Assembly: GCA_951406725.2 (NCBI GenBank)
Contig: OX597814.1
Coordinates: forward strand, 44,950,001 to 45,014,000
Source: Octopus vulgaris
Taxonomy: Eukaryota
DNA length: 64,000 bases
Direction: 5' to 3'
Positions 55,144 to 64,000 of the stretch are shown piece by piece (position 1 is the first letter of the stretch; every line of letters starts with the position of its first letter). The notes beneath the pieces are model-generated. The model did no database searches and was not told where the DNA came from. It worked only from the letters and a program-made list of their open reading frames with translations. The position numbers were made by a program, and so were the translations under genes.

Positions 55144-57156
55144 TGTATAATTAACTGCTATACAAGAAAGTAGCTTTTGTAAAGCTCTACAATCAGCCAT
55201 ATATTCATGAATTTATACACTGTATACACTACGTATTTCATCCTCTTTCCTCTTCAATCCATTTTATGTAAAAGTTTTCACTATGTATAAGCCATCACTG
55301 TAATTACCCTTGCATCCGACGTCACTGTGGCAAGTGAAATTATTATTGTTGTTGTTATTGATGGTGGGGGCGACTGTGGCGGCGGCGGCGGCGGCAGAGA
55401 CAGCGGTGGTGTAAAATTTCAAAAGTTATTACATTACATGCTACTTTTTGGTCACTATTAGGCCCATAAATCTCGATTAACATCTCGACGCACGATTTTA
55501 CCGACGTGTACTTCTACGCTTTATATTAGATTACTACATGCACTTAAAAATGGTTATCACTTTCATCTCCTTTTTCACAGATTCTACATTTGCTGTCTGA
55601 CTAAGTTTTATCAGTCTCTAACTTTACAAGGTTCCTTATAATGGCTTGTTCCTGAACAGCTTGTTCCTGGGCAGCTTGTTCCTCTACTTCTAAATATATT
55701 TCCTTGGTCTTCTTCTTGTATACTTTTTTCTTTAACCCCATCCATATGCCCTTGTCAAACATAACTCATCTGTTTTTTTTCGAAAATCACTGAATACAGC
55801 TTCTTTCTTTCAAACCTTAATGATTTCCTTTCCACATTTTCTGTTTTCTCTTTTTGGGTTCTACAAATTCTGTCAAGTTTCTTTAAATTATTACATCCTA
55901 AACCTTAATAAGTGTTTCCTTTTTGTTCGTTTTTTGTTGTTTTTTTTTTTTTTGTGCGTGCTTTCAAAATAGAAACCTTTACTTGTGTCCTGTGGTTCTA
56001 CTACCCCTTCGACACTCATTAACTCGCCCCCTACTGCAGTTCTCCTTCAGTATATCCTGTCTTCATTTCACATTGTGATCTCCTTAGTTTTGCTATTGAC
56101 ATACTTCGTTTCATCATTCTACCATTCAATAATTCCTGCTGCAGTGTTTCCTTCATTTCCATATCTTTCATTTAGTTATTTTCTCGTACTCATTTTTATG
56201 TTTCTTCTATATTTAACGATGCTAGTCTCATCATTACGTAGGTGTATTCCAGCACCACTTTTTCAGCTTTATCTTAGCATAGCCATTTCACGATCGGAAT
56301 ATTACTCCATGTCACTTTAAATATTCTTACAGCTTACAATAAGGAATTCAGGGAATACTTTTTTTGAGAGAAAATTTTATGTCGTCCATAGGTAGATTAT
56401 TCTCTTTCTCCCTTTCTTCTTCACTGAGTATCCTTCTTTAGCTTAGTTGTTAGAATCGACGAAGAGAGCAGAGCAATTACAAAAAAGATACAAAGATTCA
56501 GCTTCTAGTATGTATCTTAATCTTTGACTTGCAGTTATTAACTTTTCTCTGCAATGCCGTATTGCCTTTTCTAAAAGGAAACTAATTATTTTCGAACTCT
56601 TGAAAGTTCTAGGAACCGCTTGATCCACGGATACGATACTAGGCCATATGCTTTTTTGTAATCGACTAACGCATGAATAAAATAATTTTGTAGTGTCTGA
56701 AGCATTTAAGCCAAACTTAGGTTGCAGACAAAAAGCTTTACTTTTTACTTTCTGCAATGTTTCAGACATTATCTTTTCGGCCATTAATTGGTTTTTCGCC
56801 CCTCCTAATTCGGTAGCCTTTTTATTCATCAAGTATTAGATATTTCTAATGTAAATGTTGCCATACCTCTTCCCAAATTATCTCTGTCAGGTGTTCCCAC
56901 ATAAATAGTAGATATGTAATTAATTGGTAATTTAAGACAGCTTTTCCTTTCCAATTTGTCCTTCGTTATCAGGCAAGTTCTTTCCTTTTGTTAACCGTAG
57001 TGGTGTACCTCACTTCGATGTCTATTCATTTAGTTGTATCACTACGGTTTCACGTAGACTCGTAAACACTTTCAGGCAGAAACCATGAACAAGACCTGAT
57101 TCAGCAGCTCCCGACCTCTCCACCATTTTTTAAGTGCTTTCCAATATTTGAGTTCG

Positions 57157-57267
57157 TGATAGTAATATCCTTCTTCACCTCAACATTTTCAGCGATCTTG
57201 TAGTAGTTGCTGTTGTTATTGTTGTTGTTTTAGCTGTTGTTGTTTTAGCTGTTGCTGTTATTGTTAC

Positions 57268-57318
<51 letters not shown>

Positions 57319-57424
57319 ATTTTGTTGTTTCTGATAGTAATATCCTTCTTCACCTCAACATTTTCAGTGATCTTGTAGTTGCTGTTGTTATTGTTGTAGT
57401 TTTAGCTGTTGCTGTTATTGTTAC

Positions 57425-57475
<51 letters not shown>

Positions 57476-57500
57476 ATTTTGTTGTTTCTGTTATAGTAAT
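57157..57500. repeat. Tandem duplication (first unit 175 bp) containing (GTT) and (GTA)n tracts
   Basis: tgatagtaatatccttcttcacctcaacattttcag at 57157 and 57332. Confidence 0.85.
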
Positions 57501-58080
57501 AGCAAAGATCCAGTGTCAAATATAGTCGTTTTCCTGTCTTTAACATTAGTTAATTCACCCGCATTACAAAAGCATTAGTGTATATATTTGTCTGCTTACA
57601 TATATATATGGCGAGGGAAGTGGATGCATGTGTGTAAGTATTTGTGTGTATGTGAGAGAGGAGGAAGGAAAGAGAGAAAGTATGTGAGCGTGTATAAAAA
57701 ATACTCCATAAAATTCTTCATGAAGAAACAAACCTCGCCAGAAACACGAACTCGAGTTTACTCTATAGAGAAACAGAATATTTTACTATAACCGTTGCAA
57801 CAAACTCCTCGATCTGTGATAAATATTGTCTGAAACATTGTAGAAGGTAAAAAAAAAAAATTAAAAAAAAAAAAATTAAAAAAACTGTTTGTCTGTAACG
57901 TAAGTTTGCTTAAATGCTTCAAACACTGCAAAATTATTTTAAACCACGACAAATCGTATTGATGTTAATGTATTTTACTGCGTGTATGTTGATGGGTGTG
58001 CATGTGTGCATTGTTGCTTATCTCCGACGCTCTGTGTGCGCGCGCGCGTGAGTGTGTGCTCGCGCATGCGCATGTGTTTA

Positions 58081-58115
<35 letters not shown>

Positions 58116-58405
58116 GTATGTGTAGATGTGTGTCTCTTAGTGTTTTTGTATGGAAAACAAATGTCCCTGTGAACCATATTCTCATGAGATACGAGATAAG
58201 AGATATGGAGAGTGGAAATTCTTGCTATTTTATTCTTTTTCCTTTTTTTTTTTTCATTGACACTCTCTCACTCTCCATCTCACCAAATATCTATCTGTAT
58301 CTACTTATCACTATACACACATACTCTTATATGCACACTCATACATATATACACAATTACACACGCATACACATATATACAAGTACGTATATATATATAT
58401 ACAAG

Positions 58406-58441
<36 letters not shown>

Positions 58442-58621
58442 CATATATGTATATATATACATATACATGTATATATATATGCAAATATATATACATATAT
58501 ATATAGATATATATAGATATATATATACATACACATATATATATATGAATATATATACACTACACACATATGCATATATGTATGTATCTACCTACATATA
58601 TATCATATATATACGTGTTTA

Positions 58622-58642
<21 letters not shown>

Positions 58643-58670
<28 letters not shown>

Positions 58671-58868
58671 TGTTTGTATGTATGTATGTATGTATGTATG
58701 TATGTATGTTTGTATGTATGTATGTATGTATGTATGTTTGTATGTATGTATGTATGTATGTATGTATGTATGTATGTATGTATGCATGTATGTATGTATG
58801 TTTGTTTGTATGTATGTATGTATGTATGTATGTATGTATGTATGTTTGTATGTATGTATGTATGTATA
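58643..58868. repeat. (TATG)n microsatellite, followed by a CT-rich tract to about 59520
   Basis: Directly visible. Confidence 0.95.
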
Positions 58869-58968
58869 CCTGCGTGTGTATGTGAGTGTTTGTCTGTTTA
58901 TCTGGCTAACTAGCTACATATATTCTTTCTCAGTTTTATTTTCTTATTTGTCCTTATCTATTAGCATT

Positions 58969-59012
<44 letters not shown>

Positions 59013-60755
59013 ATCTCTCTATCTCTCTATCTCGCTCTCTATCTCTCTATCTCGCTCTCTATTTCTTTCTTTTTTTCTTTCTCTCTTGTTCTCTCAATCG
59101 CTTGCTCGATTGCTCACTCTCTCCTCTCTACCTTCCTTTCTCTTTGTTTCATTTTCTCCCTCTATCATTCTTATTCAGACGTTTCTACATGTCTTTCTCT
59201 TTGCCTCATTATGTCCCTATTTTCTACCTTAAACTCTCTCTCACTCTCTCTTACGCTCTCTCTTACTCTCTTTCTTTGTCTCTCTCTCTCTCTTTCTCTT
59301 TCTCTCTTGCTCTCTACTTCCCTACCTATCTATCCGTATTTATCTTTTCATTTCTTTCTCGTGTTTTCTTTCCATTTCATATTCCCTCTTTCTTTCTTTC
59401 TTCCTTCCTTTTTTTCTCTCTCTTGCTCTCTCTCAATTTTCCTCTCTCTCTCACACTTTTCCTCTCTCTCTCACTTTTCCTCTCTTTCTCCCCCCTTATA
59501 CCTATCTATCTATCTCTTTGACTTTTAATAAATGAGAATTTCTCGTGACCAAGCGGTATTACCAAAAAAGCAATTTTCTTTATACTGCAAGTTTGTCCAT
59601 TCCTCGCTTGATACATAACTACCTTCAAAATGCTTGGGTTGGCAGGTCGAGAGAAAAAATAAGCAAAACACACAGAAACTAAATCATTAAAAGTAGGGGA
59701 AAAAAAAAACAAGTCACCGCCACAGAATAAATAAAAACTATAAATAAATATAAAAAGGAAAATATCAAACGAAAATAGAGAAAAGCAAGGGATTCTATAT
59801 TGTGAAAGTAATTTAGCGTGCAAAATAGAAACGCATTTTGGCAATAGCCGTCCCAAAACTCTGCTTTATGTCTGCTTATCGTCAGTGATGTATTGGAAAG
59901 CATTATGTCCGTTACGGCCTAGTTTTAACAATAAACTCCATCACTAATACAACCACCATCACCATCACCAATATTATCATCATGTTGGGCATCATTATCT
60001 CACAACACTACCAATGGTAGAGCATGATGCAAACTATTTTTTTTTTATTTCTTAATTTTACTTTTTTTTATACCATCATAAATTTATTCATAATACATGT
60101 TTATTTATCTCATCTGTCTTCTTTCCTTCAATTCTAGTTTTCTTTATATATCTTTGTGCATTAAAATATTTTCTCAATTTCGTGTTTTTTTGCTTATTTA
60201 TTATACTTTTCAGTTATTATATCCCTGCACTCACCTATAGACATTTATGTATGCATATGTGTGTGTATATGTGTGGGTGTGTGCGTGTGTCTTAAAGGAA
60301 GTAAAAAATATAAGCATATATGAAGCTGAACATTTGAGAAAATCATATCTAAATTTAGCATATCCATTAGTACTGAGCTTTTCGGAGACACTGAATAAAT
60401 GAAACAAACCCATTAATGCCAAACCACTCAAAGACATTCCTAAACTCAGTAAAATCCATTACCACTCAAACATTCATCGAGACCCATCTTGTCCTTTGAA
60501 ATAATTGAATGAAACCGTTCTTTAAATAGAATATCGCTGAAAGTTATTCCTCCCAAATCAATTTATTTAGCACTAAACGAGCCAACAAAAGAGCCTCTAC
60601 GTGGTCAACTGAACGTCGAGAAATAGCAGCCAAATGATATTCAAACCTCGTTTCAGTGTCTTAGAATGGAACAAAAACATATTGGAAATTATGGCTTTGA
60701 TGCATACTGTCTAAATACAAAAGAGACGGTCATGGTTTGAATCATTTTCATCATA

Positions 60756-60915
60756 GTGGCGGTGTGGTAAGTAACTTGCTTACGAACCACATGGTTCCGG
60801 GTTCAGTCCCACTGCGTGGCACCTTGGGCAAGTGTCTTCTTCTATAACTTCGGGTCGACCAAAGCCTTGTGAGTGGATTTGGTGGACGGAACCTGAAAGA
60901 AGCCCGTCGTATATA

Positions 60916-60969
<54 letters not shown>

Positions 60970-61187
60970 TGTTTGGGTTTGTGTGTCTGTGTTTGTCCCC
61001 CCAACATCGCTTGACAACCGATGCTGGTGTGTTTACGTCACCGTAACTTAGTAGTTCGGCAAAAGAGACCGATAGAATAAGTACTAGACTTATAAAGAAT
61101 AAGTCCTGGGGTCGATTTGCTCGACTAAAGGCGTTGCTCCAGCATGGCCGCAGTCAAATGACTGAAACAAGTAAAAGAGTAAAAGTG
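60756..61187 (+). mobile_element. Near full-length family A SINE
   Basis: gtggcggtgtggtaag, gggttcagtccc, internal (TG)n, tail gcagtcaaatgactgaaacaagtaaaagagtaaaag. Confidence 0.9.
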
Positions 61188-62089
61188 AATAGGATATTCA
61201 ATCAGGGTTAATCTGAACCTGAACAACTATTTACCAGTACAAAACACTTACAGAGTCCTTCCTCTATGGACATATCCCACTCCACAGATAGACACATTTG
61301 CCCTCGTTATCTAATTAAAAGAAAAAGAAAGTAAAGACTCGCTTGTCAGTAAAGATTCGAGTAGAACCCTGTGACAAATAATATGCAAGATCCAATTAGT
61401 CAATGACTCCATTTAACTGTTATTCCGGCAGCGGTCAGAGGAATACACAACATTCAAATATTTTATCAATAATCTATTCAGGTTGCAATAATAATCCGAC
61501 CAACTTCTACTGCGTGCGTTTAGGTACTTACATTATACATGTTTAAACCAGTAAACTCCGGTTAATTAATTAGAGACGCTATCCATACAAAAAATAATAG
61601 GTAAGTTATTGTTATTAATTCTAAAGATGTAGTTAGTTTCATATAAGTACTGTAGAATATATATGTCGTGAGGAAAAGATAACGTTAATACAATGACTAA
61701 TATCTGTACTTTTAATCATTTCGGCAAATACGGTAGGCAACTGGAACTGCTTCGGTTTAATTACATTTTAACATATTTGCCTTAATTATGAGAGAATCAT
61801 AAAATGAATGTACAGTATCATACATGAATAAATGCGAAAAATTTAATTAAAAAGCATCAGTGAGATCAATTACTCAAGGGCGCGGTACTTATGAATTACA
61901 ACAGTTATGTCGGTACGGAGATATTTATATTCAACTGAGGAGGTATTAAATAATACTAGCTGATATGATTACATTGAACAAACGTTCGCTTCTTTCCTCC
62001 AACACAAGTATTTCTAATTAAGTATTTAATGTTCACTGCGTCAAATAAAATGACAGTGGATGGCGACGATGAATAGTTATACCAAGCTA

Positions 62090-62654
62090 TTGGTTTGTCC
62101 GGCAAGTTCGTGCTGATTTATAGTAGCTTACCTTTCGACTTATTTTAGAACATGGTTGAGTCCATAAAATAGGATTTGACTACACCTCCATTTAGATCAC
62201 AGTTTAAGCTATCTTTTCGTGGAAGAAGGTTTATGTTCCTATAACCTGTGTTAATTCTGTAACCCTTTAAAATGGAAGATAAAAAGTTCATTTTCGACAC
62301 TTGATGCTTTGGGGACGAGACAAAAATTGCTGCAGCTCGGCTGGGATGTGTTACCCCACCCTCTATATTCACCAGATATTGCTCCTTCAGATTTCTACAT
62401 ATTCAGGTCTCTGCAGAATAGTCTTAATGGTAAAAAATTCAATTCCTTGGATGACTTAAAAAGATACCTTGATGAATTCTTTGCCATGAAACCACCTCAA
62501 TTCTGGGAAGAGGGTATTTTCAAGTTAAAAGAAAGATGGAGATGCATTGTGCAACAAAATGGCTCATATTTGGTTGATTAAAAATGTAATGGCAAGTATT
62601 TATTGACCATTTTCTTTCCTTAAAAAATCGGCACGAACTTTCCGGACAACCCAA
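62090..62654 (+). mobile_element. Internally deleted mariner transposon with TIRs and TA TSD
   Basis: TIRs ttggtttgtccggcaagttcgtgctgattt and aaatcggcacgaactttccggacaacccaa; TA flanks; ORF 62309-62581 LGWDVLPHPLYSPDIAPSDFYIFRSL. Confidence 0.9.
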
Positions 62655-63099
62655 TACTTTGTTTTTCTGAATATGTTTTTCCAGTTTACTCGTTCACGAT
62701 GTTGCGCTTCTATTTTGGAATTTAATTTTCTCATTATCATTTCGTCTAGTGTGGTAAAATCAATGCTTTGCTAAGAAGCTCTAATAAGAAAGGGAGATAA
62801 CCAGTCTTCCTACGTTCCTGCAGAACTAATTAAATTAGTATTAACCATTTTGATAGCGTTTCTTTTCCTTAGAGCATGATTATTTCTAATTCGTTGTTTA
62901 ATACCGACTGCATGATATATACTAATATTGAACAACTTACATTTTAATATGTTTAGTCCAAGAAAAAGATTCTGCACCTATAAGCTTTGTACCATCCTCC
63001 AAGGTTTTGAAATTGATGAGGTTGGTGTTTGCTTTTAACATCTGAAAGCTCACGACAGTAATAAGAAGTATAATGGGAAAACGTTTCAAAAGGGTTGAT

Positions 63100-63480
63100 G
63101 TGCTTGGTAACGAGTTTGCATAGTTGTCAGTTCAAAGCCTTGATGGACACAATATGGGAAACAAGGACGTGTTTGTCAATGTGCTCATAAAAGATTTGTG
63201 GTATACAGATAGCTAGATCTATGGTGCAGAAGTCACTGAAGTTCGGTAGAAAAAGAGGAAGAGCATTGTGTCTAATGGCTAGGAATCGAAATATATTGGT
63301 GACTCGTTTCCGGTAAGTCGGGTCGTTTCCTTTTCGATACAGTCCAATAAGTTCGCGTATGCAGTAGCAGTACCATATCAGGCGGAGACACAATAATGTA
63401 TATGGTATTGTCCGTCTCATTTGAGGTTTGTAGAACGTCAACAACTGTTAGGAGTTATTAGGAGCTGAAATATTTAGAAA
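63100..63480 (-). pseudogene. Possible decayed PLE GIY-YIG remnant
   Basis: DNTIYIIV...RELIGLYRKGNDPTYRK resembles NLIY.I.C...RER..LHRQ...P.YR. Confidence 0.35.
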
Positions 63481-64000
63481 TAGTAGATTAATCATTGAAA
63501 TACATTATTGGCTGATATGAATGTGGATCGCCGGGAGCGATCATTATATCAAATATAAAATTAGGTATACTGAAGAGAGAATAGTCTCATAAAGAGTAGT
63601 TTTTGAGCGTCTTTATTGAGTGTTTTACAGATATTTCAAGATGCTGGACACAAGATAAAATTTAGCATATGAAATAATTCTAAAGTACATTTGTATTAGA
63701 AGTAAAATCTCAATATAACACCAATAACTGTATTTGAAGTAACATTTCATTATAACTCCAATAACTAATACATATGTGTATACGTGAGTCCATGTATATG
63801 TTTGTGGAATTAAAATTTCAGTACAATAAACGTATATTAGAAAATCTAACAAAGATTTTCGCCAAGGCGGTCTAAAGAGATGTAGATAAATGTTTCACTC
63901 TTCTCATGTACTAAAAACTTGAACTCTCATCATGCTTAGAGGAAGGAAATAATGTCTTCCTCTTGATGGTTCGTCAACAAAGTATATGAAGCACATAAAC

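Noticed and set aside
56443-56832. 129-aa minus-strand ORF with faint resemblance to 22980-23100
   Set aside because: No recognisable motif; probably decayed retroelement N-terminal sequence, but I cannot support a call.
63565-63600. Hammerhead-like ctgaaga-gaga(atag)tctc beside the possible PLE remnant
   Set aside because: GAAA is replaced by ataaa and stem I is not convincing; at most a decayed relic.

Overview
AT-rich, microsatellite-dense eukaryotic intergenic or intronic DNA. The repeat types suggest a cephalopod, probably Octopus (inference). No convincing host protein-coding gene was found, and most ORF-track entries are microsatellite translations. The window is a mosaic of tRNA-derived SINEs (several with clear TSDs and nested insertions), decayed LINEs (L1/Tx1-like, R4/Dong-like), mariner remnants, a 6-bp-TSD MITE and at least four Penelope-like element (PLE) remnants. 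The most notable signal is a set of minimal type I hammerhead ribozyme motifs (CUGANGA-[A]-stem II-GAAACGUH-stem I) whose stems covary between unrelated short repeats. One pair sits in a 590-bp head-to-head palindromic element (27074-27663) with a tRNA-like Pol III head, (AAT)n spacers and a perfect 14-bp TSD, a candidate ribozyme-bearing SINE mobilised by PLEs. A second highlight is an ORF1-only retroelement inserted with a 16-bp TSD into a SINE head, immediately followed by a related element at the same site. All calls were made by eye; boundaries not fixed by TSDs or TIRs are approximate.
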